Assembly (NCBI GenBank): GCA_005879795.1
Contig: VBKJ01000129.1
Location: 1,931-65,930 of the forward strand
Direction of reading: 5' to 3'
Length of the DNA stretch: 64,000 nucleotides
Source of the DNA: Deltaproteobacteria bacterium
Lineage (GTDB): Bacteria > Desulfobacterota > Binatia > DP-6
Shown: one piece after another, positions 8,502-21,928 of the stretch
How positions within the stretch are numbered: position 1 is the stretch's first letter
How the letters are laid out: each line of letters opens with the position of its first letter
The notes under the pieces: model-generated
Database searches by the model: none
Told to the model about the DNA's origin: nothing
Seen by the model: the letters and a program-made list of their open reading frames with translations, nothing else
Program-made: the position numbers and the translations under genes

Positions 8502-9713
8502 GTGGCCCACGCGGTGATCGTCGGCGCCGGCCCGGCCGGCGCTTCGCTCGCCTACCTCCTCGCCCGCCGCGGCGTCGGCGTGACGCTCCTCGAGCGGCAG
8601 ACCGACTTCGCACGCGAGTTCCGAGGCGAGGGGCTCATGCCGAGCGGCGTCGAGGCCCTGCGCGCGATGGGCCTCGGCGCCGCGCTCGACGCCCTCCCCC
8701 AGACCCACATCCAGGCGGTCGAGATCTTCCGCGGCAGCCGCCGGCTCGTCCGCATCGAGCCGCGGGACCTGGGCGCGCCGGGGCCGCGCATCGTCTCCCA
8801 GCCCGCGCTCCTCGAGATGCTGGTGGCGGAGGCCGCACGCTTCCCGAGCTTCCGGCTCGAGCGCGGGGTCACGGTGCGCGACCTCGTCCGCGAGGCCGAG
8901 CGCGTGGCCGGCGTGCGGGCCGACACCCCCGCGGGCAGCCGCGAGGTGCGCGGCGACCTCGTGATCGGGACCGACGGCCGCGCCTCCGTCCTGCGCGCGC
9001 GCGCCGGCCTGCGCGCGCGGCACGCCGAGCAGGCGTTCGACGTCGTCTGGTGCAAGGTTCCCCAGCCGGCCTTCCTCGACCGCGGCACCGCGCGCGCCTA
9101 CCTCGGCCACCGCCACTTCGCCCTCCTCTTCCCCTCCTACGACGGCCGCCTCCAGATCGGCTGGATCATCGACAAGGGCTCGTTCGGCGATCTCCGCCGC
9201 CGCGGCATCGAGGGCTGGATCGCGGAGATGGCGCGCCACGTCTCGCCCGACCTGGCCGCGCATCTGCGCGCCGTGGGGGGCGCCATCACGCATCCCTTCC
9301 TCCTCGACGTCGTCTGCGACCGGCTCGAGCGCTGGTGGCTCCCGGGGCTTCTCCTCCTCGGCGACGCGGCCCATCCCATGTCGCCGGTCGGCGCCCAGGG
9401 CATCAACATCGCTCTGCGCGACGCGCTGGTGGCCGCGAACCACCTCGGCCCGGCGCTGGCCGGCGGCGCGGCGCCCGCCGCGCTCGACGCGGCCGCGGGG
9501 CGCGTGGCGGCGGAGCGGGAGCCCGAGGTGGCCGAGATCCAGCGCCTGCAGCAGGGCCCGCCGCGGCTCCTCTTCGGCCCCGCGTGGCGGAGCGATCTCC
9601 TCCTGGGCGCGCTCCTCCCGCTGCTCGCCCGCCTGGGGATCGTGACGCGCGTCGCCGGCTCGGTCTTCCGCCGCTTCGCCAACGGCGTCACCACCGTGCG
9701 GCTGGCGGCGTAG
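8502..9713 (+). CDS. FAD-dependent monooxygenase (UbiH/Coq6-type)
   Basis: GTG start; MAHAVIVGAGPAGASLAYLLARRG Rossmann motif; GDAAHPMSPVGAQGIN motif. Confidence 0.8.
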   Translation: MAHAVIVGAGPAGASLAYLLARRGVGVTLLERQTDFAREFRGEGLMPSGVEALRAMGLGAALDALPQTHIQAVEIFRGSRRLVRIEPRDLGAPGPRIVSQPALLEMLVAEAARFPSFRLERGVTVRDLVREAERVAGVRADTPAGSREVRGDLVIGTDGRASVLRARAGLRARHAEQAFDVVWCKVPQPAFLDRGTARAYLGHRHFALLFPSYDGRLQIGWIIDKGSFGDLRRRGIEGWIAEMARHVSPDLAAHLRAVGGAITHPFLLDVVCDRLERWWLPGLLLLGDAAHPMSPVGAQGINIALRDALVAANHLGPALAGGAAPAALDAAAGRVAAEREPEVAEIQRLQQGPPRLLFGPAWRSDLLLGALLPLLARLGIVTRVAGSVFRRFANGVTTVRLAA

Positions 9714-12907
<3,194 letters not shown>

Positions 12908-12982
12908 GCGGGCGGGAGGCGCGCCCCGGCCGTGGCGCAGGAGGTGGCACCATTCCGCCACCTCCGTTAGAGTACCACGGCG

Positions 12983-14245
12983 ATGCAGGCGATCGAGGCC
13001 GCACGCATGGTGGACGCGCTCTCGGGTGACGCGCGCGGCGCCGCGCGCGTGCTCGCCGGCGCGTCCAGGGCGGCCAAGGACGCCGCGCTGCGCGGCGCCG
13101 CGGCGCGGCTGCGCCGCGACGACCCCGCGATCCTCTGCGCCAACGCGGACGACGTCGCCCGCGCGCGCGCCGCAGGCGAGAGCGCGGCCTTCGTCGATCG
13201 CCTGACGCTCACGCCGGCGCGCATCGACGCCATGGCGCGCGGCCTCGAGGAGATCGCCGCCCTCCCCGACCCCGTCGGCGAGACGATCGCCGCCTGGCGG
13301 CGGCCGAACGGGCTCGAGATCGCGCAGGTGCGCGTGCCGATCGGCGTCGTGCTCTCGATCTACGAGTCGCGCCCGAACGTGACCGCCGACTCGGCGGCCC
13401 TCTGTCTCAAGACAGCCAACGCCGCGCTCCTGAAGGGCGGCTCCGAGGCGCAGGCGACGAACCGCGCGATCGCGGCGGCGGTTCGCGCCGAGGTCGAGGC
13501 CGCCGGGCTGCCCGGCGCGGCCGTGCAGCTGGTCGAGGGCGGACGCGAGGTGACGCGCGGGCTGCTCAAACGCGACGACCGTATCGACGTCGTCATCGCG
13601 CGGGGCGGCGAGACGCTCAAGCACACGATCCTCGAGGAGAGCCGCATCCCGGTGATCAAGCACTTCGAGGGCATCTGCCACCTCTACGTGGACGAGAGCG
13701 CCGACCTCGCCATGGCCGAGCGCATCTGTCTCAACGCGAAGGTCGAGCGGCCGAGCGTGTGCAACGCGATCGAGAACCTGCTCGTGCACGAGGCGGTCGC
13801 GCCGCGCTTCCTGCCGCGCATCGCGGCGGCGCTCCGCGCCCGCAGCTGCGAGCTCCGCGGCGACGCGGCGAGCCGCGCCATCGTCGCCGACCTGAAACCC
13901 GCCACCGACGCCGACTGGGACACCGAGTACCTGGACCTGATCCTGAGCGTCGCGCTCGTGCCCTCGCTCGACGCCGCCCTCGCCTTCATCGCGCGCCACT
14001 CGACGGGCCTCGCCGAGGCGATCGTCACCGAGGACTACCGCGTCGCGCGCCGCTTCCTCGCCGAGGTCGACGCCGCGGCGGTGTTCGTGAACGCCTCCAC
14101 CCGCTTCACCGACGGCTACGAGTTCGGCTTCGGGGCCGAGGTCGGCATCAGCACGAACCGCCTGCACGCGCGCGGGCCGATGGGCCTGCGCGAGCTCACC
14201 ACCTACAAGTACCAGGTGCAGGGCAGCGGCCAGATCCGCGCGTGA
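12983..14245 (+). CDS. proA: gamma-glutamyl phosphate reductase
   Basis: Full-length ProA match (aldehyde dehydrogenase fold, catalytic Cys in ...VCNAIENLLVHE...). Confidence 0.95.
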   Translation: MQAIEAARMVDALSGDARGAARVLAGASRAAKDAALRGAAARLRRDDPAILCANADDVARARAAGESAAFVDRLTLTPARIDAMARGLEEIAALPDPVGETIAAWRRPNGLEIAQVRVPIGVVLSIYESRPNVTADSAALCLKTANAALLKGGSEAQATNRAIAAAVRAEVEAAGLPGAAVQLVEGGREVTRGLLKRDDRIDVVIARGGETLKHTILEESRIPVIKHFEGICHLYVDESADLAMAERICLNAKVERPSVCNAIENLLVHEAVAPRFLPRIAAALRARSCELRGDAASRAIVADLKPATDADWDTEYLDLILSVALVPSLDAALAFIARHSTGLAEAIVTEDYRVARRFLAEVDAAAVFVNASTRFTDGYEFGFGAEVGISTNRLHARGPMGLRELTTYKYQVQGSGQIRA

Positions 14246-14907
14246 GCGGCATCGGCATCTTCGGCGGGACGTTCGACCCGATCCATCTCGGGCACCTGCG
14301 CGCCGCGGAGGAGGTGCGCGAGGCGGAGCGCCTGGACGAGATGTGGCTCGTCCCCGCCGCGCTCCCCCCCCACAAGGAGGGCGAGGCGCTCGCCGGGGCG
14401 GCCGATCGGCTCCGCATGGTCGAGCTCGCCGTGGCCGGCGTGCCCGGCTTCCGCGTTTCGCGCCTCGAGCTCGATCGGCCCGGCCCGTCGTACTCGGTCG
14501 ACACGCTGCGCGCGGTGCGCGCCCAGGTGGGCGCACCGTCGCGGCTCGTCTTCGCACTCGGCCTCGATGCGTTTCGCGACTTCCACCTCTGGAAGGAGCA
14601 CGCGGCGCTGTTCGCGCTCGCCGACGTCATCGTCGTGACGCGCCCGCCCGCGCCGGCCCGCCTCACCGCGGATGAAATTCCTCTTGCGGCTCGGGAGGCC
14701 TTCTGGTACGACTCGGGCAGTGGGGTTTTCCACCACCAGTCGGGGCGCGTGCTGAGGCTTCAGCACATCACGGCCCTCGACATCTCGGCGGCCAGGATCC
14801 GCGCCAACGTCGCCGCCGGCCGCTCGATCCGCTTCCTGGTGCCGCCGCTGGTCGAGGCGTACATCGCCGAGCACCGGCTCTACCGCGAGGAGGACGCCCG
14901 GCGTTGA
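14242..14907 (+). CDS. nadD: nicotinate-nucleotide adenylyltransferase
   Basis: GIFGGTFDPIHLGHL (the T/HxGH motif); GTG start overlaps the proA stop. Confidence 0.9.
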   Translation: MSGIGIFGGTFDPIHLGHLRAAEEVREAERLDEMWLVPAALPPHKEGEALAGAADRLRMVELAVAGVPGFRVSRLELDRPGPSYSVDTLRAVRAQVGAPSRLVFALGLDAFRDFHLWKEHAALFALADVIVVTRPPAPARLTADEIPLAAREAFWYDSGSGVFHHQSGRVLRLQHITALDISAARIRANVAAGRSIRFLVPPLVEAYIAEHRLYREEDARR

Positions 14908-15305
14908 CCCGTCTCGGCGGCTGGGAGCAGGCGCTCGAGTGCACCCGCGCCGCTCTCGACCACAAGGCCTACGACCTCGTGGTGCTCGAGACCGGCCGGC
15001 TCACGTCGATCGCGGACTACTTCGTCATCTGCAGCGGCCGTTCGGACACCCAGGTGCAGGCGATCGCGCAGGCGGTCGAGGAGCACCTGGGCAGCCTCGG
15101 CGAGCGCCCGCTGTCGGTCGAGGGGCTGCCGCACGCGCAGTGGGTGCTGATGGATTACGGCGACGTCGTGGTCCACGTCTTCTACGTGCCGGTGCGGAGA
15201 TTCTACGACCTCGAGCGCTTGTGGATGCGTGCGCCGCGCGTCGAGTTGCCCGAGCCCTTCCAGAGCCAGGCGCGCAGCCAGAAGACCGGCACCGAAGGGC
15301 GCTGA
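14904..15305 (+). CDS. rsfS: ribosomal silencing factor RsfS (Iojap)
   Basis: 133 aa; KAYDLVVLETGRLTSIADYFVICSGRSDTQVQAIA matches the Iojap family; TTG start overlaps the nadD stop. Confidence 0.85.
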   Translation: MTRLGGWEQALECTRAALDHKAYDLVVLETGRLTSIADYFVICSGRSDTQVQAIAQAVEEHLGSLGERPLSVEGLPHAQWVLMDYGDVVVHVFYVPVRRFYDLERLWMRAPRVELPEPFQSQARSQKTGTEGR

Positions 15306-15318
15306 CGGCGCGCCGTTC

Positions 15319-16623
15319 ATGACGCGCTGGCTCTGGGCGCTGGTCGGCGCGGTGGTGGTCCTCGGCGCCGGCTACTTCGCCTTCCTGAATCCCGACGGGG
15401 TCGAGCTCCATCTCACGCCCGCGCGCACGGCGAACCTGCCGCTCGCGGCGGCACTCCTGGGCGCCTTTGCGGCTGGTGGCGCGCTCGTCGGCTCGTTCGC
15501 CGGCGTGCGCGCCGGTGCGCGCGGCTGGCGGCGGTGGCGCACGGCGCAGCGGGCGCGGCGCGAGGCGCGGCGCGCGGCCGTGGTGGCGCGCGCGCAGCAC
15601 CTGGTGTGGGCGGGCGACTACCGGACGGCGCGCGGCGAGCTCCTGCGCGCCGAGGGCGGCGCCGTCCCGAGCGACGCAAGCCGCCTGGCACTCCTGGCCG
15701 AGGCCCATCTCTACGACGACGACCCCGCCGGCGCGCGGAGGCTCCTCGAAGAAGGGCTCCAGCAGGCCGGGCCGGAGCCGCGGCTGCTCGCGCTCCTCGC
15801 AGAGGCGGCCGAGCGCATGGGCGACCTCGGCGCGGCAGCCGACGCGCTCGAGCGCACGCGGGCCGCCCATCCCGAGAGCCCGCGCCTCGCACGCCGGCTG
15901 CGCGACGTCCACACGGCCGCAGGCCGCTGGTCCGAGGCCCTCGCCGTGCAGGGCGAGATCCTGCTCCGCGTCCGCGACCCGGCCACGCTCGCGCGCGAGG
16001 AGCAGGTGCTGCGCGGGCTCCGCTACCAGGCGGCGCTGGCCGAGCCCGAGCCGCGGCGGGCGGCACGGCTCTGCCTCGCCATCGCGCGCGAGGATCCGGG
16101 CTTCGTGCCCGCGTCGGTAAGCGCCGGCGACCTCTTCGAGCGCGCGGGCCGCCGCTTCACGGCGCGACGGGTGTGGGAGCGCGGCGCGCGGCGGCGGGCG
16201 GCGGTGGTCCTGCTCGAGCGCCTCGAGCGTCTGAACACGAGCGAGGGGAAGCCCGAGCGTACGACGCGGCTCTACCGGCGCCTCGGGCGGCGCCATCCGG
16301 AGAGCGCGGCCGTCGCGCTCCTCTTCGCGCGCCATCTGATTGCGCAGGGCAGGCTCGATGAGGCCGAAGCGGCGCTGAACACGCTCCCCGCCGCCGCCGC
16401 GGGCCATCGCCTCGTGCACGTCCTCTGGGCCGAGGCGCACCGGCAGCGGGGCAACTCGAGCCTCGCGGCCGAGACCTACGCGCGCGCCTTCGGCGCCGAC
16501 CTGGGCCTGGTGGCGCCGTTCCGCTGCGCCGCCTGCCGGCGCGAGGCGGCGACATGGAGCGGCTACTGCGAGGAGTGCAAGCGCTGGGGGACGTTCGAGG
16601 CAGAGGTGGAGCAGGCTTCTTGA
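15319..16623 (+). CDS. lapB: LapB/YciM-like LPS assembly regulator (N-terminal TM, TPR repeats, C-terminal rubredoxin-like CxxC-CxxC)
   Basis: N-terminal hydrophobic helix, Ala/Leu-rich TPR body, and C-terminal CAACRREAATWSGYCEECKRWG. Confidence 0.65.
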   Translation: MTRWLWALVGAVVVLGAGYFAFLNPDGVELHLTPARTANLPLAAALLGAFAAGGALVGSFAGVRAGARGWRRWRTAQRARREARRAAVVARAQHLVWAGDYRTARGELLRAEGGAVPSDASRLALLAEAHLYDDDPAGARRLLEEGLQQAGPEPRLLALLAEAAERMGDLGAAADALERTRAAHPESPRLARRLRDVHTAAGRWSEALAVQGEILLRVRDPATLAREEQVLRGLRYQAALAEPEPRRAARLCLAIAREDPGFVPASVSAGDLFERAGRRFTARRVWERGARRRAAVVLLERLERLNTSEGKPERTTRLYRRLGRRHPESAAVALLFARHLIAQGRLDEAEAALNTLPAAAAGHRLVHVLWAEAHRQRGNSSLAAETYARAFGADLGLVAPFRCAACRREAATWSGYCEECKRWGTFEAEVEQAS

Positions 16624-16655
16624 CCCAGCCGTGCGCGCGTTCCATGGTCGCGCGC

Positions 16656-17363
16656 ATGGCCAGGCTCACGCTGATCGAGCTCTATCCCTCGCCGTGGTCG
16701 GAGCGCCTGCGCTGGGCCCTCGAGTGGAAGCGGGTGCCGTACGCGCGGCGGGCGTACCAGCCGCTCGCGGGCGAGGAGGAGCTGCGCCGTGCCACGGGGC
16801 TCTCGACCGTGCCGGTGCTGCTCGCCGACGGCGAGGTGATCGGCGACTCCGACGCCGCGCTCGAGTGGCTGGAGACACACCACCCGTCGCCCGCGCTCGT
16901 GCCCGAGGACCCGCGGCTGCGCGCGCAGGTGCGCGCGTGGGAGGTCGCGGCGACGGAGACCCTGGCGCCCGCAGCCCGGCTGGTCATGATCGGGCGCTGG
17001 AAGGCGCGCGGCATGCAGCCCTTCGCAGACCACTTCGCGGCCAAGTACGGGTGGTCGGAGGCGGAGGAGGCCCGCACGGAGCGGCTCCTCAGCGCGCTCA
17101 TCGCCGATCTCGCGCGCGCGGTCGCCTCGTCGCCGTACCTCGTGGGCGAGGGGTTCACGCGCGCGGACCTGACCGTGGCGTGCATGGTGGCGGGCGTGAT
17201 CGGCATCCCGCCCGACGAGCTCTTCGCGCTCGAGGAGAGCATGCGCGCGATGTTCGGGGTGCTGCCCGAGGAAGACCCTGCGGTCGCACCGCTGCGGGCC
17301 TGGCGGGACGGGATCTACCGGCGGCACCGGGGTGGACGGGTCACGCCGGACGCGGGTGCGTGA
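16656..17363 (+). CDS. glutathione S-transferase
   Basis: N-terminal thioredoxin-like GST domain (LYPSPWSERLRWALEWKRVPY...STVPVL) and C-terminal helical domain. Confidence 0.7.
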   Translation: MARLTLIELYPSPWSERLRWALEWKRVPYARRAYQPLAGEEELRRATGLSTVPVLLADGEVIGDSDAALEWLETHHPSPALVPEDPRLRAQVRAWEVAATETLAPAARLVMIGRWKARGMQPFADHFAAKYGWSEAEEARTERLLSALIADLARAVASSPYLVGEGFTRADLTVACMVAGVIGIPPDELFALEESMRAMFGVLPEEDPAVAPLRAWRDGIYRRHRGGRVTPDAGA

Positions 17364-17379
17364 CGCGGCGGCCACGGTT

Positions 17380-18557
17380 TCATCCCACCGTCGCTTTCCC
17401 CCCGAACAGATGCGCATGCATCTCCGCCAAGCTCGCCAGATCGTGCACGTCCCGCGCGAAGTTCGGCACCTGCACCACCGGCACGGCGCGCGGGAGGCCG
17501 GCACGGAACATCTCCAGGCGGAGCGACTCGCCGCGCGCCAGCGCCTGGTAGTCGACGAAGTTCGCCGCCAGCTCGGCCGCCTCGCCGGTCGCGCCACCGA
17601 GCGCCCTCGCGACGGCGCGCGCCACCTGTTCCGCGTCCTCGGGCCCGAGCTCGCCGCGGCGCGCGCCGCGACCCGCGGGCCGGTACTCGCGGTGGACCCG
17701 GTTGAAGACGACGCCCTTGAGGGGCATGTGCAGCTCGGCCATCTTCGTCGACAGGTACTCGGCGTCGCCGAGGACCTGCTCCTCGGGGCCCGTCACCAGC
17801 ACGAAAGCGGTCTCCGCGCCGCGCAGCACCTTGTAGGCGCGCTCGACACGCGGCTGAAAATTCTCGAAGAGGCCGCTCATGCTGGTGAAGAAATCGGAGA
17901 TCTCCGCCAGCGCCGACATGCCGGTCGCCTGCTCGAGGCGGCGGAGGAGGAAGCCGGCCGTCCGGTTCATGGCGCGGAGCGCCGACCAGCCGGCCGAGAA
18001 GTACGGGCGCACGAACCACCTGACGACCTTGCGGTCGAGGAAGTCGCCGATCCGCGTTGGCGCCTCCAGGAAGTCGAGCGCGTGGCGCGTGGGCGGTGTG
18101 TCGACCACGATGAGATCGTAGGCGCCGTTCTCGGCCAGCACGCAGAGCTGCTCGATCGCCATGTACTCCTGCGAGCCGGCGAAGGTCTGCGAGAGGTGCT
18201 GATAGAAGGGGTTGGCGAGGATGCGGGCGCGCGCCTCCGCCGGCGCGTGGCGCTCGACGAGCGCGTCCCACGCGCCCTTCTGGTCGAGCATCATCGCGGC
18301 GAGGCTCCCGCGCGGCGCCCCGAGCCCCTGCGCGGTGAAGTAGGTGGCGGGGATCTCGCGCGCGTCGTGGCCGAGCGTCTCGACGCCGAGCGAGCTCGCG
18401 AGCCGGCGCGCGGGGTCGATCGTGATCACCACCGCCCGGCGTCCCGCGAGCGCGCCCCAGAGCGCGATGGAGGCGGCGACGGTCGTCTTCCCCACCCCGC
18501 CGCTCCCGGCCGAGATGACGATCTGGTGCCGCTCGACCAGCTCGCGCAGCGTCACGA
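17380..18557 (-). CDS. ArsA/Get3-family P-loop ATPase (second of tandem pair)
   Basis: IVISAGSGGVGKTTVAASIAL deviant Walker A; DTPPTRHALDFL; only the C-terminal ~392 aa of the 1166-aa track ORF is credible; putative GTG start overlaps the upstream stop. Confidence 0.7.
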
Positions 18558-19514
18558 CGACCTCGAGCGCCGGCGCGCGGCGGGCTCCGCGCGTCCCGCC
18601 ATCCCGGCCTCCAGCAGGCGCGCCGTCTGCTCCAGCTCCGCGCACCCGAACTCCTCGACGAACAGGAAGGGCAGCTCGATGAGCGGCGCGTCGCCGATGC
18701 CGGCGTGCAGGCGGGCCAGGTTGGCGGCGTTGATGTCGGACCAGCCGCTCTCCTCGGCGGCCCGCTCGGCAACGCAGTGAAGAAGCGCGCGTTCGGCGCT
18801 CGGCTCCATCCGGGCGGCGGCGTGCAGGCGCTCGACGGAGGCCGGATCGAAGCGCCGGCGGTGCAGGCGGTTCACGATCACGTGGCCGAGCGGGAGGCCG
18901 AGCGCGCCCGTGAGCTGCGCGCGCATCTCGAGCGTTTCGATGACCGGCATCTCCTCGGCGAGCGTCACCAGGTGCACCGCGGTCGCGCGCGGGTCGCGCA
19001 GGAGGTTGGTGATCTTCGTCGCCTCGCGCTGCACCAGGCCGGCGCCGAAGGTCTCGCGCGCCGCCTGCGGCATGCGGAGGTACTGGAGGCTGTGGCCGGT
19101 CGCCGGCGCATCCACCACGATCGCGTCCCACGCCGGCCGCCCGCCCTCCGTGCGCGTCGCCTCGTACCAGATCTTCCCGACCGTCATCAGCTCCTTCAAC
19201 CCGGGCGCGGCGGCGACGAAGTACTGGTATATCTTGCTCTGCAAGACGGTGGCGAGCAGGCGCTTCACCGGGATGACGAGGTTCAGGTACTCCTCGAGCG
19301 CGGCCCGCCCGTCGACGTGGAGCACGTGCAGGCCGGCGCGCACCTCCGGGCCGAGCAGACCCGCGAGCCGCCCCCCCGGCTCCATCTCGACCCCCAGCGT
19401 GCGCCGCCCCCGGCGCGCGAGCGTGAGCGCGAGGGCCGCCGCAACGGTCGTCTTCCCCACCCCGCCCTTGCCGACGACGAAGTGCAGCCGGCGCTCGAGG
19501 AGCGAGGCCGGCAT
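18552..19514 (-). CDS. ArsA/Get3-family P-loop ATPase (first of tandem pair)
   Basis: HFVVGKGGVGKTTVAAALAL; DAPATGHSLQYL; start overlaps the fabF stop. Confidence 0.8.
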   Translation of the reverse strand: MPASLLERRLHFVVGKGGVGKTTVAAALALTLARRGRRTLGVEMEPGGRLAGLLGPEVRAGLHVLHVDGRAALEEYLNLVIPVKRLLATVLQSKIYQYFVAAAPGLKELMTVGKIWYEATRTEGGRPAWDAIVVDAPATGHSLQYLRMPQAARETFGAGLVQREATKITNLLRDPRATAVHLVTLAEEMPVIETLEMRAQLTGALGLPLGHVIVNRLHRRRFDPASVERLHAAARMEPSAERALLHCVAERAAEESGWSDINAANLARLHAGIGDAPLIELPFLFVEEFGCAELEQTARLLEAGMAGRAEPAARRRSRSS

Positions 19515-19517
19515 GGG

Positions 19518-20780
19518 CTACGAGTCGACGCGCCGGAAGGCGAGCACGGCGTTGGTGCCGCCGAACCCGAAGGAGTTGGAGAGCGCAGTGTCGACGCGAG
19601 CCGGCCGGGCCTCGCGCGCGACATAGTCCAGGTCGCAGGCCTTGTCCGGCTCCTCCAGGTTGATGGTCGGCGGCAGAACGCCGCGGGCGAGCGTGAGCAC
19701 GGTGTAGGCCGCCTCGACCGTGCCCGCCGCGCCGAGGAGATGGCCGGTCATCGACTTGGTCGAGCTGATCGCGAGGCGCGCCGCGTGCGGCCCGAACACG
19801 CGCTTCACGGCCAGCGTCTCCGCCTCGTCGTTGAAGGGCGTGCCGGTGCCGTGGGCGTTGATGTAGCCGATCGCGCCGGGCTCGATGCCGGCGTCGTCGA
19901 GGCAGCGGCCCATGCACTCGGCCGCGCCCACGCCCTCGGGCGCGGGCTGCGTCATGTGATACGCATCGCAGGTGGCGCCGTAGCCGATGAGCTCGGCGTA
20001 GACGCGCGCCCCCCGCCGGCGCGCATGCTCGACCTCCTCGAGGACGAGGACGCCCGCGCCCTCCGCGATCACGAAGCCGTCGCGCCGGGCATCGAAGGGA
20101 CGGCTCGCGCGCTCGGGTTCGTCGTTGAAGTTGGTGGCGAGCGCGCGCATGGCGCTGAAGCCGCCCACACCGAGGACGCAGATGGGCGCCTCCGCGCCGC
20201 CCGCGAGCATGACGTCCTGGCGGCCGTCGCGGATCAGCACCAGCGCCTCGCCGATCGCGTGCGCGCCCGAGGCGCAGGCGCTGGTGGTGGCGTAGTTCGG
20301 ACCGCGCGCGCCGTAGCGCATGGCGATCTGCCCCGAGGCCATGTTCGGGATGATGCGCGGGATCAGGAAGGGCGAGATGCGGCGCCCGGCCTGCGCGGTC
20401 AGGTTGAGATAGGCCTCCTCGACGCTCGCGATGCCGCCGATCCCGACGCCCACGATGACGCCCGTCCGCTCGGGCGCGGCGAGCGGTAGCGGCAGGCTCG
20501 CGTCCTGCACGGCCAACTCGGCGGCGCCGACGGCGTACTGGATGAAGATGTCCATCTTCTTCAAGTCCCTGCGCTCGATGAAGCGCTCGGGCTCGAAGTC
20601 GCGCACCTCGCCGGCGATCCGGGCCGGGAGGGGCGAAGCGTCGAAGCGGGTGATCTTGCCGATCCCGGAGCGGCCCGCGACCAGGCTCTCCCAGTTCGGC
20701 TCGGTGCCGGTGCCGAGCGGGGTCACGAGGCCGAGCCCCGTCACCACCACGCGGCGGCGTGTGCCGTTCGCAGCGCTCAA
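19518..20780 (-). CDS. fabF: 3-oxoacyl-ACP synthase II (KAS II)
   Basis: Full-length KAS match with the Cys-His-His triad context; a TTG start at 20780 gives the canonical [18 protein letters not shown]-terminus. Confidence 0.9.
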   Translation of the reverse strand: MSAANGTRRRVVVTGLGLVTPLGTGTEPNWESLVAGRSGIGKITRFDASPLPARIAGEVRDFEPERFIERRDLKKMDIFIQYAVGAAELAVQDASLPLPLAAPERTGVIVGVGIGGIASVEEAYLNLTAQAGRRISPFLIPRIIPNMASGQIAMRYGARGPNYATTSACASGAHAIGEALVLIRDGRQDVMLAGGAEAPICVLGVGGFSAMRALATNFNDEPERASRPFDARRDGFVIAEGAGVLVLEEVEHARRRGARVYAELIGYGATCDAYHMTQPAPEGVGAAECMGRCLDDAGIEPGAIGYINAHGTGTPFNDEAETLAVKRVFGPHAARLAISSTKSMTGHLLGAAGTVEAAYTVLTLARGVLPPTINLEEPDKACDLDYVAREARPARVDTALSNSFGFGGTNAVLAFRRVDS

Positions 20781-20891
20781 GGGGCGCCATGCTAGCGCCG
20801 GGTGCGGGGGAGTCAAGGTCGCCTTCTAGGTGGGATGGCTTGTCAACGGGAACACGCGCGCGCATCGTGGCCCATGACACGGGAGGGTGCG

Positions 20892-21869
20892 ATGGTCGGG
20901 ATGCCGGTATCGCGTCGCGGCTTCATCAAGGGCGTGGGCGCGGTGGCAGCTGCGAGCATGCTTCGGGTGCGCGGCGGCGGCGCCGAGCAGGTGCGTGCGG
21001 CGGCTCCCGGCGCGGCGCGGATACGCTTCGGCGTGCAGCCGAGGCCCGAACAAACGACGTACGACGACATCCTGCGTTGCTGGCAGACGTGCGACGAGCT
21101 CGGCTTCGACTCGGCGTTCACGTTCGATCATTTCATGCCCATCGACGGGAAGCCCGGTCCCTGCCTGGAGGGCTGGACGCTCCTCTCCGCCCTCGCCGCG
21201 CAGACGAAGCACGTGAAGGTTGGCGTGCTCGTGACCGGCAACACCTATCGGTACCCGGCGGTGCTCGCCAAGATGGCGGCCACCGTCGATCAGGTGAGCC
21301 ACGGACGCTTGATCCTGGGTATGGGCGCCGCCTGGTTCGCGGCCGAGCACACCGCCTACGGCATCCCGTTTTACAGCAAGGGCGAGCGAGCCCGCCGCCT
21401 GGTCGAGTCGGTGCAGGTGGTGAAGGCGCTCTTCACCCAGGACAGGGCGACGTTCACGGGCAAGTACTACCAACTGAAGGACGCTCCATTTGACCCCAAG
21501 CCGGTGCAGCGCCCGCATCCGCCGATCCTGATCGGCGGGATGGGTCCGAAGGTCGTCCTGCCACTGGTCGCTCGACATGCGGACATCTGGAACTTCTTCG
21601 CACCCGACGACCCCGCGCAGGCAAACGAGACCATCGCCCGCTTCGACGCCCTCTGCCAGAAGGTCGGCCGGAACCCGGCCGAGGTCGAGAAACAGACGAC
21701 GCTGCACCCGAAAGAGATCGCGGGCCGGCCGGCGAAGGAGGTGCAGGGCCGCGTCCGGGCGCTGGCGGCCGTGGGCGTCCGGCACTTCGTGGTCTCGCTG
21801 CCCGCGCCCTACGACATGGCCATGCTGCGCGCCTTCGCGAAGGATGTCATGCCGGCGCTGCGCGACTAG
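20892..21869 (+). CDS. Tat-signal LLM-class (luciferase-like, F420/flavin-dependent) oxidoreductase
   Basis: Twin-arginine motif SRRGFIKGVGAVAAASML followed by a luciferase-like monooxygenase fold. Confidence 0.75.
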   Translation: MVGMPVSRRGFIKGVGAVAAASMLRVRGGGAEQVRAAAPGAARIRFGVQPRPEQTTYDDILRCWQTCDELGFDSAFTFDHFMPIDGKPGPCLEGWTLLSALAAQTKHVKVGVLVTGNTYRYPAVLAKMAATVDQVSHGRLILGMGAAWFAAEHTAYGIPFYSKGERARRLVESVQVVKALFTQDRATFTGKYYQLKDAPFDPKPVQRPHPPILIGGMGPKVVLPLVARHADIWNFFAPDDPAQANETIARFDALCQKVGRNPAEVEKQTTLHPKEIAGRPAKEVQGRVRALAAVGVRHFVVSLPAPYDMAMLRAFAKDVMPALRD

Positions 21870-21928
21870 CAGGCGTAGGTGTCGTCCAGGCGTGGGCGTG
21901 GGCGTCGTCGGGCGTCAGCCCTCTCACA

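Noticed and set aside
7704-9443. 579-aa minus-strand ORF
   Set aside because: Only the C-terminal ~245 aa (the 2OG oxygenase) is credible. The N-terminal part is antisense to the well-supported FAD monooxygenase.
17380-20880. 1166-aa minus-strand ORF in the track
   Set aside because: Only the C-terminal ~392 aa (the ArsA-like part) is meaningful. The remainder is a GC-driven open frame overlapping fabF and the first arsA in another frame.
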